A DNA stretch of 64,000 bases, from the NCBI GenBank assembly GCA_963695865.1, contig CAVOIW010000004.1, positions 295,320-359,319 on the forward strand, read 5' to 3'. Every line of letters begins with the position of its first letter. The stretch's first letter is position 1. The position numbers and the translations under genes are program-made. Origin of the DNA: an uncultured Actinomycetota bacterium. Lineage in GTDB: Bacteria > Actinomycetota > Actinomycetes > Mycobacteriales > Nakamurellaceae. Shown piece after piece: positions 9,409 through 20,018 of this stretch. The notes under the pieces are model-generated. The model was given only the letters and a program-made list of their open reading frames with translations, was not told the DNA's origin and did no database searches.

Positions 9409-9422
9409 GGGGTCTAGACCCC
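9409..9422. promoter_or_regulatory. Perfect 14-bp palindrome GGGGTCTAGACCCC in the divergent region between the kinase operon and the MMPL gene
   Basis: Read directly. It lies 36 bp upstream of the kinase start and about 160 bp upstream of the MMPL start. Candidate operator for the LuxR-type regulator or another dimeric regulator. Confidence 0.4.
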
Positions 9423-9584
9423 GAATCGGGTAGGGCCGAACCGCCCACGTCGCCGGGGTCGTCACCCTCGCCGGGTCGGCGGGCTGGACGGCTGCCGACT
9501 CGAACGGCGCCCGACGAGGCTGGTCTCACATCAGGACGGCGCCGCGGTGAGCGGCTCCCTGACCCCTTGAAGGAGACCGCGGCC

Positions 9585-11803
9585 ATGACCCTGTCAGTAG
9601 CGCGCCGAACAGCGCAACGCGATGCTGTACCACCGCGCACCACGTTGGTGGAGGTCGCGGCGGGATGGAGTCTCAAGCATCCGATCCTCGCCATCGCCGG
9701 GTGGGTCGCGCTGGTCGTGATGTGCGTGGTGGGCGGCAATCTGGCCGGCCTGAATTCGGCCGACGACGCCCAACTCGGTCCCGGTGAAGCCGGTCGGGCG
9801 GCGGCGATGATCCAGGCCGCGGGCCTGCAGGGCCACGACACCGAATCGGTGTTGATCACAGCGAGGAGCGGTCACCCGGATGCGAGCGGCCATGAAGGAC
9901 GCAGCCGCCGGCATCAGGCGGGAATTGGCCAGGCTCCCGATGGTCGCCGCAGTGGCCAAGCCGATGCCGTCTGGCGACCGGGTCGCGACGCTCGTCCAGG
10001 TGACCGTGGCCGAGGGCGTCGACGACGCGAAACCCCTGCTACAGGCGGTCTCCGACCTACGCACCCGGTACCCGGAGGTCGACGTGGCCCTGACCGGCGG
10101 GTTGACCATCGATGCCGATGTCAACGACCAACTCGGTCGGGACTTCGATTCCGCACTCATCCTCAGCCTGCCCATCACCATCCTGATCCTGCTGTTCGCC
10201 TTCGGCGCGCTGCTGGCGGCCGGGGTGCCGGTGCTGTTGGGTGTCGGCTCGGTGCTGGCCGCCGTCGGGCTGTACACCGTGGCCTCGCACGTCTTTCCCG
10301 ACGGCGGCTCGACGGCCGAGCTCATCCTGCTGATCGGCATGGCGGTCGGCGTCGACTACTCGTTGTTCTACCTCAAACGCGTGCGGGAGGAGCGACGGGC
10401 CGGCCGCTCTGAAGGCGACGCCCTGCGCGTGGCGACGGCCACCGCCGGCCATTCCGTCATGATCTCCGGATGCGCAGTGATGGTGGCGATGGCGGGACTG
10501 TTCCTGCTCCGGGACGTCAATTTCTCGGCGATGGCTGTCGGTGGGATCATCGTTGTCGCGCTTGCGGTGCTGAGCTCGGTGACGGTGTTGCCGGCCGTTC
10601 TGGCGCTACTTGGGGAGCGGGTGGACCGGCCCAGGATTCCGATCGTGTCCAGGTCGACCACGTCGGACCGGCCGGCCCGTGTGTGGCCGGTCCTGCTCCG
10701 GCCCGCGCTGCGTTTCCCCGCACTCACCCTGCTGATCGGTGTGGCCGGGATGTTGCTGCTCGCGTGGCCGGCGACCACCATGCACCTGAAGAATTCCACC
10801 GTCGCCGATCTGCCACCAACGTTGCCCAGTGTCGTTGCGATGCAACAGCTCACGGCGGCGTTCCCGGATCAGCGCAGCAGCCTGACGGTCGTCGCCCACG
10901 GGCGAGCCGAGTGCCGTGGCAGGCGTCGTCCGGCGCATCGAGGCCCAACTTCCCGGCCATCGCGACTTCGGCCCTGGTCCGATCTCGAAGACGGCCGCAA
11001 GCACCACCGAGCTGTCGGTGACGATCCCCTACGGCGAGGACAGCGACCAGGCGCGTGCAGCCTTGAACAGCATGCGTTCCACCGTGATACCGGCCGCAAT
11101 GGTGGGCGCCGCTGGAGTCGACGTCGCGGTCGGCGGCTCCCTGGCCGGGAACGTGGACTACGTTCACGAACTGTCCTCGGGCGCCTACCTTGTGGTCGGT
11201 TTCGTCGTGCTGATGACCTTCCTGCTGATGATGCTGACGTTCCGCTCTGTCGCTGTCGGCCTGGTCACCATCGCCGCGAACCTGCTGTCTGCCGGAGCCG
11301 CCTTCGGCGTGTTGGTGCTGGTCTTCCAGAGCCGTTGGGGTGCAGATCTTCTGGGCTTTCACCGCTCCGGTGGGATCATCGCATGGATCCCGGTCTTCGT
11401 CTTCGTCATCCTCTTCGGACTGTCGATGGACTACCACGTCCTGATGGTCTCGCGGATCAAGGAAGGAGTGGACAGCGGACTGTCTACCCGTGATGCCGTC
11501 CGGCAGGGTGTCACCGCATCCGCCCCGGTGATCACCAGCGCTGCGGCCGTCATGATCGGCGTGTTCGCGATCTTCGCCGGGTTGCACATGGTCGAGTTCA
11601 AGGAGCTCGGCATCGGCCTCGGAGCGGCGATCCTGCTGGACGCCGTGGTGGTGCGGATCCTCGTCCTGCCCGCCTTGATGGTGGTCCTGGGACGGTCGAA
11701 CTGGTGGGCCCCAGCGTTTCTCCGGCGCAGCGCCAGTGGGCCAGGGCTCCACGCCGACCCGTCCATCAAGGGCTCTGCGATGTCGGGCACAATGAGCGAA
11801 TGA
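9585..11803 (+). pseudogene. MMPL family RND-type transporter, with two frame changes
   Basis: ATG 9585 is preceded by gaaggag. Frame 0 reads MTLSVARRTAQRDAVPPRTTLVEVAAGWSLKHPILAIAGWVALVVMCVVGGNLAG...ITARSGHPD. Near 9880 it moves to frame 1: MRAAMKDAAAGIRRELARLPMVAAVAKP...LYTVASHVFPDGGSTAELILLIGMAVGVDYSLFYLKRVREERRAG... Near 10912 it moves to frame 2: AGVVRRIEAQLPGH...AGAAFGVLVLVFQSRWG...SMDYHVLMVSRIKEG... Stop is at 11801-11803. Both junctions are +1 shifts. Confidence 0.75.
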
Positions 11804-12403
11804 CGCGAGGATTCAGTGGTCGTCCACGTCGGCCGCGCAACGATCGTTTGCCTCCCGGTCAATACGACGTCGGCAAGGATTTCCCCGTGCTGACGGCCGA
11901 GGTCACGCCCAGGCTCGACCCCGAGAAGCTGTCCATCACCATCGACGGCCTCGTCGAGCGGGAGTCGACCTGGACCTGGAAAGAACTGCACGCTCTGCCC
12001 GGGTCCGTCTACAACGGTGACATCCACTGCGTGACAACATGGTCCAAGTTCGACACGAGCTTTGCCGGTGTCAGCGCCGACATTCTGCTCGCCGCCGCCT
12101 CGCCGCTGCCCGACGGCGACCCACGTGATGATCCGTTCGACCACCGGCTACACCACCAACCTTCCGCTGTCGGACATCACCGACGGAAAGGCGTGGGTGG
12201 TCTGGGATCACGAGGGCCACCCTCTTCCGATCGAGCACGGTGGGCCGATGCGATTCCTGGTGCCGCACCTGTATTTCTGGAAGAGCGCAAAGTGGGTCAG
12301 CAGGTTGACCTTGATGGATCACGACCAACAAGGCTTCTGGGAGCGCAACGGTTACCACGACCACGGTGACCCGTGGAAGGAAGAGCGCTATCAAGGTGAC
12401 TGA
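11800..12403 (+). pseudogene. Sulfite-oxidase-like molybdopterin-dependent oxidoreductase catalytic subunit, with one frame change
   Basis: ATG at 11800 overlaps the MMPL stop (ATGA). Frame 1 reads MTRGFSGRPRRPRNDRLPPGQYDVGKDFPVLTAEVTPRLDPEKLSITIDGLVERESTWTWKELHALPGSVYNGDIHCVTTWSKFDTSFAGVSADILLAAASPLP. From about 12110 frame 2 reads THVMIRSTTGYTTNLPLSDITDGKAWVVWDHEGHPLPIEHGGPMRFLVPHLYFWKSAKWVSRLTLMDHDQQGFWERNGYHDHGDPWKEERY. The junction is a +1 shift (extra g in ggcgaccc). Confidence 0.75.
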
Positions 12404-12421
12404 ATCGGCCGGCGCCCCGCG

Positions 12422-13159
12422 ATGACCGGTCCCGAGATCGCCGAGTTGCCGGACGCCGGTGCACCGGCTGGGGCGTGGCGCACCGCTACTGTGCGAGAAG
12501 TCAGTCATCCCAATGCGATCGGTGTGCGGCTGTTGCTCGATGTGCCGGACCGCATCGACCATCTACCCGGCCAGCACTACGTTGTCCGCCTGCGGGCGGA
12601 CGACGGCTACACGGCCCAGCGTTCGTACTCGGTGGCCTCTGCGCCGCACGAACCGGGCATCGAGCTGTTCGTGGAGCGACTGGAGGACGGTGAGGTCTCC
12701 GGATTCCTGGCCGAGGTAGTGGCGCCGGGCGACAAGCTGGAGGTTCGCGGGCCGATCGGCGGCTGGTTCGTGTGGCGCGGCACCAGCCGCGCTCTCGCCA
12801 TCGGCGGTGGCTCAGGAGTGGTCCCACTGGTGTCCATGCTTCGTCATGCAGTCCATGTGGGCCGCCCCGGACTGCTGAGCCTGGTCGTGTCGGCGCGGAC
12901 GTACCCGGAACTGCCCTACGCGACGGAGCTATTGGCCGGGGGAGCGACCATTGCGCTCACCAGGGGTTCAGATCCCGCCGTCGGCAGACGGACGGGCCGA
13001 CTGGCGGCTGCGGATCTGGCGCCGCTGATCGCTGACGTGAAGACCGCTTTCGTCTGTGGCTCTGCGGGTTTCGCTGAAGCGGCCAGCACTCTGCTGGTCG
13101 GCACCGGGGTGCCGGCCACCTCGATCCGAGTCGAACGCTTCGGCCCGACCGGCAGCTGA
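12422..13159 (+). CDS. FAD/NAD(P)-binding ferredoxin-reductase-type (FNR-like) oxidoreductase. Likely electron-transfer partner of the adjacent molybdoenzyme.
   Basis: Intact 245-aa ORF: ...RSYSVASAPHEPGIELFVERLEDGEVSGFLAEVVAPGDKLEVRGPIGGWFVW...LAIGGGSGVVPLVSMLRH. These are FNR-family motifs (RxYS, GGxGxxP). Confidence 0.8.
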   Translation: MTGPEIAELPDAGAPAGAWRTATVREVSHPNAIGVRLLLDVPDRIDHLPGQHYVVRLRADDGYTAQRSYSVASAPHEPGIELFVERLEDGEVSGFLAEVVAPGDKLEVRGPIGGWFVWRGTSRALAIGGGSGVVPLVSMLRHAVHVGRPGLLSLVVSARTYPELPYATELLAGGATIALTRGSDPAVGRRTGRLAAADLAPLIADVKTAFVCGSAGFAEAASTLLVGTGVPATSIRVERFGPTGS

Positions 13160-13171
13160 TCCCGGCCCGCC

Positions 13172-14584
13172 CTAGACCCCGTACTCCACCGGCAGCCGCC
13201 CGCGGGCGACGGCCTTGATCAGCGCCTCATGGTCGGCCTCCGTCTGGTCGGCGTACCGCCGGGCGAACCGGGACAGTGCGGTGTCGAGCTTTTCCGAGGA
13301 ACCGACGTAGCCCGAGATCATCGACGCTCCACTGGTTCTGGCGTGTCCCTTGGCCAGCAGCTGACCCACGATGCCGGCGTAGTCGGTCAGCGCCTGCGAG
13401 TCGATGGCGTCCAGCGCCAGCGTTCCTTTCATGTTGCGGAACTGACGCACGTAGTACTGCCGCCCGTCGAACTCGGTCCAGCCAAGCAGCGGATCGCTCA
13501 CCGTCTGCAGCGCCTGCTGGTATTCCACCACCCGCTGTCCCTGGTGCGCATGCCATGCGGAGTCACCGTGCACGTACTGCGCCAGCACCGACCGCCGCGC
13601 CTGCTTGAGTTGCAGGAAGACCACGTCGTCGGGGCTGCTGCCCTCCAGCAGCGCGACGTACGCGCGCAGCCCGACGCTGCCGACGCCGACCACCTTGTGG
13701 GCGATGTCCACCAGCGTGTAGCCGGCCAGGGCGCGTCGCCAGTGCGACGCAAGCGTGGTCAGGTACTGGTCGAGGGCCGCCCCGATCATGTCCGATTCGG
13801 TCTGACTGACCCTGGTGATCAGCGGCGGTTCCTCGATGATCCGGCGAACTCCGGCGTGTTCCTCGGTGAACTTGGGCAGCGCCCGATCACTGGTCCTGGA
13901 CCGGGCCCGACGTGCGGCCCTGTCGATCTCGGCCTTCAGCGACCGCTGTGATGTCGTCGCCAGTAACTGGTCGACGTCCAGCCGCTGATATGAACGGGAC
14001 AGCAGCGGCTGGTCGGCGAGAACCCGCACCTCGCCGCGGTAGGCGGCGACACAAGCCGCGGTCGCCGCTGCGCAGGTTTGTTCGCTGTGATCGTTCTGCC
14101 GCCCGGCCACCCAGATGCTGGCCACCAACCGCCGGAGGTCCCATTCCCAGCCGCCGGGATGCGCTTCGTCGAAATCGTTCAGGTCGATGACCAGGTCGCG
14201 TTCCGGCGATGCGTAGAGCCCGAAGTTGCCGAAATGTGAGTCACCACAGGTCACCGGGGTGATGCCGGTGGCCGGAAGGTGCGCGACGTCCTCCGCCATC
14301 ACGACGGCAGTGCCGCGCAGGAATCCGTACGGCGAGGCCACCATTCGGCCCACCCGAAGCGGGATCAGACCCTTCAGCCGGCCACGATGCGATTCGATGA
14401 TCAACTCCACGGGATCCGGACGGTCGACCGGCGGATCCCATTCCCCCAGGGAGGAACGGCTGACCGTGTGTCGCAGGCTGCGCCCGAGCTGATAGCGCTC
14501 GGCCCGCGAGGTGGGTCGTCTGCGCAGCGATACGAACGAGTCGCTCTCCACCGGGGCAAAAACGACATGGCCGGCGGACGGCAC
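13172..14584 (-). CDS. DUF2252 domain protein
   Basis: Intact 470-aa ORF. Contains CGDSHFGNFG and the overall pattern of DUF2252 proteins. Confidence 0.7.
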   Translation of the reverse strand: MPSAGHVVFAPVESDSFVSLRRRPTSRAERYQLGRSLRHTVSRSSLGEWDPPVDRPDPVELIIESHRGRLKGLIPLRVGRMVASPYGFLRGTAVVMAEDVAHLPATGITPVTCGDSHFGNFGLYASPERDLVIDLNDFDEAHPGGWEWDLRRLVASIWVAGRQNDHSEQTCAAATAACVAAYRGEVRVLADQPLLSRSYQRLDVDQLLATTSQRSLKAEIDRAARRARSRTSDRALPKFTEEHAGVRRIIEEPPLITRVSQTESDMIGAALDQYLTTLASHWRRALAGYTLVDIAHKVVGVGSVGLRAYVALLEGSSPDDVVFLQLKQARRSVLAQYVHGDSAWHAHQGQRVVEYQQALQTVSDPLLGWTEFDGRQYYVRQFRNMKGTLALDAIDSQALTDYAGIVGQLLAKGHARTSGASMISGYVGSSEKLDTALSRFARRYADQTEADHEALIKAVARGRLPVEYGV

Positions 14585-14670
14585 GGCTGAATTCGGTCAT
14601 CGTGCCTCCTTCCACCTCGTAGCAGCGAACTCCATCATGAAATGCAGGTTCGCACCGAACACGGCTCGGC

Positions 14671-16353
14671 TCAGCTGGCGCGACCCCGTTCACCGCGATA
14701 CCGACGCACCAGCGCGTCCGTCGACGAATCACCTTGAGCGGGCGGCGCATCTTCGTCGGTGAGCACCGGCGTCAGCTGCTGCGCCTGGGTTTTCCCGAGT
14801 TCGACACCCCACTGGTCGAATGAGTCGATGCCCCAGATGACGCCTTCCACGAAGGTGGCGTGCTCGTACAGCGCGACCAGTTGACCGACGACGGACGGCG
14901 TCAGCCGGGGCGCAAGGATGCTGGTGGACGGTCGGTTCCCGGGCATCACCTTGTGCGGGACCACATTCGGCGGCGTGCCCTCCGCGGCAATTTCGTCGGC
15001 GGTCTTGCCGAACGCGAGCACCGCGGTCTGGGCGAAGTAGTTGCTCATCAGCAGATCGTGCATGCTGCCGGTGCCGTCCACCGTCGGCAGGTCGTCCAAT
15101 GGCTCCGACAGACCGATGAAGTCCGCCGGCACCAGGCGGGTGCCCTGGTGCAGGAGCTGATAGAAAGCATGCTGTCCGTTCGTTCCTGGCTCGCCCCAGA
15201 AGATCTCACCGGTCGAGGTCGACACGGGCGACCCGTCGGACCGGACCGACTTGCCGTTGCTCTCCATGGTCAGTTGCTGCAGGTAGGCGGGGAACCGATT
15301 CAGGTCGTTGCAGTAGGGCAGTACCGCCCGCGACTCGGCACCGAAGAAGTTGGAATACCAGACCCCCAACAGACCCATGATCACCGGGGCGTTCTGGGCC
15401 AGCGGCGCCGTGGCGAAATGTTCGTCGATGGCATGGAACCCGGCCAGCAGCTCGGCGAAGTTCGCCCTCCCGACCGCACACATCACGGACAGACCGATCG
15501 CCGAGTCGACCGAATAGCGGCCGCCGACCCAATCCCAGAAGCCGAACATGTTGGCCGTGTCGATGCCGAACGCGGACACCCGCTCGGCGTTGGTGGAGAC
15601 GGCCACGAAATGTTTGGCCACCGCTGCCGTCGCCTCGTCGCCCTCCAGGCCGAGTCCGGCCAACAGCCAGCGCCGGGCCGCCGTCGCGTTCGTCAGGGTC
15701 TCGAGAGTGGAGAACGTCTTCGAGGCGACGATGAAAAGCGTGGTCTCCGGGTCGAGATCGGCCGTCTTGCCCACGAGGTCGGACGGGTCCACGTTGGACA
15801 CGAATCGGCAGCTGATGCCCGCGTCCGCGTAGGCCCGCAGAGCCTGATAGATCATCACCGGGCCGAGGTCGGATCCGCCGATACCGATGTTGACCACCGT
15901 CATGATCTTCTTGCCGGTCGCGCCGACCCACTCGCCGGACCGCAGCCGGTCGGTGAATTCGCCCATTCGATCCAGCACCTCGTGCACATCGCTCACGACG
16001 TCCTGACCGTCCACGGTCAGGGCGGCGTCATCCGGTAGGCGGAGCGCGGTGTGCAGCACGGCCCGGTCTTCGCTGGTGTTGATGTGTTCGCCGCGCAGCA
16101 TGGCGTCCCGCCGCTGCTCGACGCCGGCGACGCGGGCCAGGTCGACAAGTAGGCCGAGCGTCTCGCGGGTGACGCGGTGCTTCGAATAGTCCAGGTACAG
16201 GTCGCCTGCCGAAACCGTGAGCTCCCGCCCGCGGTCGGGGTCGTCGGCGAAGATCTGGCGGAGGTGCAGGGCCTGGACCGCGGGGAGGTGGGAGGCGAGT
16301 GCCGCCCACTCATCGGTGGTCGAGATGTCGATTGATCCGGTCTGCTGGGTCAT
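14671..16353 (-). CDS. pgi: Glucose-6-phosphate isomerase
   Basis: Intact 560-aa ORF with canonical PGI motifs: [55 protein letters not shown]. Confidence 0.95.
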   Translation of the reverse strand: MTQQTGSIDISTTDEWAALASHLPAVQALHLRQIFADDPDRGRELTVSAGDLYLDYSKHRVTRETLGLLVDLARVAGVEQRRDAMLRGEHINTSEDRAVLHTALRLPDDAALTVDGQDVVSDVHEVLDRMGEFTDRLRSGEWVGATGKKIMTVVNIGIGGSDLGPVMIYQALRAYADAGISCRFVSNVDPSDLVGKTADLDPETTLFIVASKTFSTLETLTNATAARRWLLAGLGLEGDEATAAVAKHFVAVSTNAERVSAFGIDTANMFGFWDWVGGRYSVDSAIGLSVMCAVGRANFAELLAGFHAIDEHFATAPLAQNAPVIMGLLGVWYSNFFGAESRAVLPYCNDLNRFPAYLQQLTMESNGKSVRSDGSPVSTSTGEIFWGEPGTNGQHAFYQLLHQGTRLVPADFIGLSEPLDDLPTVDGTGSMHDLLMSNYFAQTAVLAFGKTADEIAAEGTPPNVVPHKVMPGNRPSTSILAPRLTPSVVGQLVALYEHATFVEGVIWGIDSFDQWGVELGKTQAQQLTPVLTDEDAPPAQGDSSTDALVRRYRGERGRAS

Positions 16354-16696
16354 GGCTCTTCGCTTCCTCAGCCGTTCTCGAGTCGGTGTGGGGCACCCAT
16401 CTTCGCCCAGTTGGCACCGGCACCGCGCACCGGGGACCCGGATGGGCGGTCGGGTCGGGAGGAAAAGAACCAGTTGGACTTGGAGTAGCGCTCGGGGTCA
16501 GCATTTGTGAAGATGCCATACCCTTTCTTTACCGGAATAGGACGAAACGAGTCGCATGGCGTTGCGGTCTCGGCGGGATTGAAATCCACTCTGCTAGGAA
16601 AGCGAGATTTCTGGTTAATACTGCGTTTCTGGGCTTGCGCCGGGTATCGACCCGCAGAGCACCCTGACGTGTCCCTCAAACCTGACGGAGGTAGCT

Positions 16697-18394
16697 GTGA
16701 CGCAGGTCGAAACGGAACCGCAGGAGCCGTCCGCCCATCACATGCAGCGGACGATCGGGTTTTGGGGGCTGATGTTCGTCTCGCTCGGGTCGATCATCGG
16801 GTCCGGGTGGCTGTTGGGTGCGTTCGACGCTGCGATATCCGCCGGTCCCGCGGCCATTCTTGCGTGGATTCTGGCTGCCGGCATGCTGACGGTGCTGGCC
16901 CTGGTGCACGCGGAACTCGGTGCGGCCTACCCGGTGGCCGGTGGCACAGCAAGGTTCCCGTACTTCGCTTTCGGAACGCTGGCCGGATTCACCGCCGGCT
17001 GGGCCGCTTGGCTACAAGCTGTCGCGATTGCCCCGATCGAGATCGAGGCGTCCATTTCCTACGTCAGTTCGGTGCACTGGGTCCAGGTGCATTTCCTCAT
17101 GCTGCATCCTGACGGGACCCTCAACTGGCGGGGACTCATCGTCGCAACGATCGGCATGATCATCTTCACGGTCATGAACCTCGCAGGAGCGAAGTTCTTG
17201 TCCGAGTCCAATTCCATCATGGTGATCTGGAAGACCGCGGTACCGCTGCTGGCCATCGTCGTGATCGTGGCGTTGTCCTTCCACCCGTCCAATTTCACCC
17301 ATGCCGGCGGCGGTTTCATGCCGCATGGAATGCACGGGGTATTCGCCGCCCTTGCGTTGGGTGTGGTTTTCGCGCTCCAAGGATTCGAGCAAGCTGTTCA
17401 GCTTGCCGGCGAGGCCAAAAATCCGAAGAAAGACTTGTCGAGGGCCGTCATCACCGCCATGCTGACCGGCGCATTGATCTACGTCGGTCTACAGATCGCC
17501 TTCATCGGCGGCGTGGAACCCGGGAACGTGGCGTCCGGGTGGAGCAACCCGCTCGGTACGGCGGCGGGTCAGACCGACTACGGCCCCTACTACACGCTGG
17601 CGCTGGCCGCCGGCGCCTCGTGGCTGGCCTACGTCCTGATCATCGACGGCGTCGTATCACCTGCCGGGACCGGCCTGGTGTATGTCGGCACCACGGCCAG
17701 AATCTCCTACGCGCTCGGCCAGGAGGAGGTACTGCCACGGCAGTTGACGAGGGTCAACAAGCGCGGGGTGCCGGCCTTCTCGATCATCTTGGCGGCTGTC
17801 GTCGGGGAGCTCTGCTTCCTGCCGTTCCCCAGTTGGTCGTCGCTGGTCGTGGTGGTGACCGCGGCAACCGCGATCATGTACGCGTTCGCCCCCGTCTCGC
17901 TGGCCGGTCTGCACAAACGGGATGTCGGCCGCGAGAGCAGCTACCGGATGCCCATGCCCAAGGTGCTGGCTCCGATCGGCTTCATCTCGGCCAATCTGAT
18001 CATCTACTGGGGCGGTTTCGACACCACCTGGAAACTGGTGGTCGCGATGCTGGTCGGTCGGGTGCTGTTCGAGATCCGCCTCAGGCGGGTCGATCCGCTG
18101 AAGCGGACCGACATCGACTGGAAGGCCGCTTCCTGGATCTGGCCGTGGTTGATCGGTCTCACCATTCTCGGATTGATCGGCCGGTACGGAAAAGATCAGT
18201 ACCCGAACCTTCCGGAGCTACCGGAGTGGTGGGACCTTGCCGTCGTGATTCTGTTCTCGCTGGGGATCTTCTACTACGCGGTGGACATGGCGATGGACAA
18301 GGCCAAGGTCAAGGCGGCCGTTCAGGTGGACATCGACAACACGTCGGCATTTGTGATTCCCGAGCTGCCGGAACTCGCCAAGTCCAAGGGTTGA
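16697..18394 (+). CDS. APC superfamily amino-acid/polyamine permease
   Basis: Intact 565-aa ORF. GTG start is preceded by gacggagg. There are 12 or more predicted transmembrane segments; MQRTIGFWGLMFVSLGSIIGSGWLLG is the APC signature region. Confidence 0.85.
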   Translation: MTQVETEPQEPSAHHMQRTIGFWGLMFVSLGSIIGSGWLLGAFDAAISAGPAAILAWILAAGMLTVLALVHAELGAAYPVAGGTARFPYFAFGTLAGFTAGWAAWLQAVAIAPIEIEASISYVSSVHWVQVHFLMLHPDGTLNWRGLIVATIGMIIFTVMNLAGAKFLSESNSIMVIWKTAVPLLAIVVIVALSFHPSNFTHAGGGFMPHGMHGVFAALALGVVFALQGFEQAVQLAGEAKNPKKDLSRAVITAMLTGALIYVGLQIAFIGGVEPGNVASGWSNPLGTAAGQTDYGPYYTLALAAGASWLAYVLIIDGVVSPAGTGLVYVGTTARISYALGQEEVLPRQLTRVNKRGVPAFSIILAAVVGELCFLPFPSWSSLVVVVTAATAIMYAFAPVSLAGLHKRDVGRESSYRMPMPKVLAPIGFISANLIIYWGGFDTTWKLVVAMLVGRVLFEIRLRRVDPLKRTDIDWKAASWIWPWLIGLTILGLIGRYGKDQYPNLPELPEWWDLAVVILFSLGIFYYAVDMAMDKAKVKAAVQVDIDNTSAFVIPELPELAKSKG

Positions 18395-18542
18395 TGGACC
18401 CGACCGGCCGGTGGTGGACCGGCCGAGACGCCTCTATCAATACAGCCTGTGACGGACGGCCGTCGATGTCATCCGCCGGAAACACGACCTTGACACGAAT
18501 GCACTTGTCGCGAGGTCGTCTGGGTCGCCGATGATTCCTCCC

Positions 18543-19976
18543 ATGTCAACGTCTCTTGCAGAAGTAGCTGCCGACCGTCACTACGGCGCCAAGAGTCGCC
18601 GCGGTCGAGCCTGGTGGCGCCGAAGTCATCCCGCTGTCCGAGCGGCACGGGAAGCCCGTCCAGATGTTGTGGACCTGGATCGCCCCGAACATGGAGTTCG
18701 CGACCATCTTCGTCGGCGTGCTGGGCGCTGTTCTTCGGCCTGAGCTTCTGGCAGGTGTTCTGCGGCCATCGTGCTCGGGCAACGTGCTTGGGCAGCATCT
18801 CGCACGGCAGTGCTCTCCAGCTGGGGGCCCGAGCACCGGCTTCTGCCAGATGGTGCTGTCCCGTCGCGCCTTCGGCTTCCTCGGCAACTGGCTGCCGGCC
18901 GGACTGAACGCGCTGGTCGCCGGTATCGGCTGGTTCGCCGTCAACAGTGTCAGCGGCGGCTTGGCGCTGGCCGCCCTGACCGAGCATGAACAAGTACGTC
19001 TGCCTGGTCATCGTGGTGGCGATGATGTTGGTTCTGGCCTTCTTCGGGCACAATCTGATCCAGGTCTTCGAGCGGTACGCCGCTCCTGTTGCTGACGGTC
19101 ATCTTCGTGGTCGGCGGCATCATCATCTTCACCAAGGCGCATACCTCGGCGCCCGCCGCCGGAGCATTTCCCCGGTGCCTGGTGGGTTCTGCTCGGTGCC
19201 ACCTTCGGCTACGCCGCCGGATGGAATCCGTACGCCTCCGACTACACCCGCTATCTGCCGCCGGGCACCGGAGCGGCGGCCGGCATCTGGGCCGGTACTC
19301 GGCGTCCTGGTCTCCTGCATCCTGCTGGAAACCTTCGGCGCAGCAGCGTATCGTCGCGCTCGGCGGACAAGGCGGCCCTCGACCCCGGGCGTCCTACACC
19401 AGCGTGCTGCCGACCTGGCTCGGCAAAGCTGACCCTGCTCGGCATCTACCGTCGGCGCGATCGCGGCCAACGCGCTCAACGTCTACTCGAGCGCCATGTC
19501 TTTCAGCGCCATGGGTCTACGCTTCCGAGACCCCGTCGTTGCGGCGCCATCGCCGCGGTGGTGATGGGACTGCTCGGATTCATCGTCGCCGTGATCGGGA
19601 TCGATCACATCGACAAGTACGAGAACTTCTTGCTGGTCATCTCCTACTGGATCGGGCCATGGTTGGGGGTGGTGTTCGCCGACCGATTCCTGCGCCGGCC
19701 CGACCAGACGAGCTGGTCTACGGCGACCGCGACTACAAGAACTGGGCCGGCCCGATCGCCATGTTCGTCGCCGCGGTGATTTCCATCTGGCTGTTCTCTG
19801 CCCAGACCTTCTACAAGGGCGTCATCCCGAACCACGTTCCGCAGATCGGCGATCTGACCTTCGAGGTCGGCTTCGTGCTGGCCGTTCGGTCTCTGTACGT
19901 CGTCGCTGTACAAGTCTCTGGCTGGCCCGATCACGGTCGCTACCGCGAGCAGTTGGCCGCGGCGGAAAGGGCCTGA
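18543..19976 (+). pseudogene. NCS1 family purine/cytosine permease (CodB-like), heavily frame-disrupted
   Basis: Recognisable NCS1 segments are scattered over all three plus frames: MSTSLAEVAADRHYGA; VIPLSERHGKPVQMLWTWIAPNMEFATIFVGVLGAVL; FGLSFWQ; QMVLSRRAFGFLGNWLPAGLNALVAGIGWFAVNSVSGGLALAALTEH; NKYVCLVIVVAMMLVLAFFGHNLIQVFERYA; LTVIFVVGGIIIFTKAHTSAPAAG; VLGVLVSCILLETFGAAA; ...VVMGLLGFIVAVIGIDHIDKYENFLLVISYWIGPWLGVVFADRFLRRPD...ELVYGDRDYKNWAGPIAMFVAAVISIWLFSAQTFYKGVIPNHVPQIGDLTFEVGFVLA. At least about 10 frame switches in 1.4 kb, and no in-frame stops noticed. Confidence 0.7.
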
Positions 19977-20018
19977 CATCCTTGGCAGGATTCCGATCTT
20001 CAGGCTGCGAGTGAGCAC

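Noticed and set aside
9402-9584. N-terminal extension of ORF 9402..10412 (MTGGLDPESGRAEPPTSPGSS...)
   Set aside because: It precedes the well-supported ATG at 9585 with its SD, and it covers the divergent promoter and the palindrome. It is Pro/Gly/Arg-rich with no homology signal.
10850-11752. 300-aa minus-strand ORF, plus the 8798..9433, 10057..10452 and 10368..10853 ORFs
   Set aside because: These are antisense or out-of-frame shadows of the MMPL and kinase genes. They are His/Arg/Gly-rich low-complexity sequences.
16507-17112. 201-aa plus-strand ORF starting in the pgi/permease intergenic region (MKMPYPFFTGIGRNESHG...)
   Set aside because: It overlaps the well-supported APC permease gene in another frame. 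No homology, and the composition becomes Arg/Gly-rich once inside the permease.
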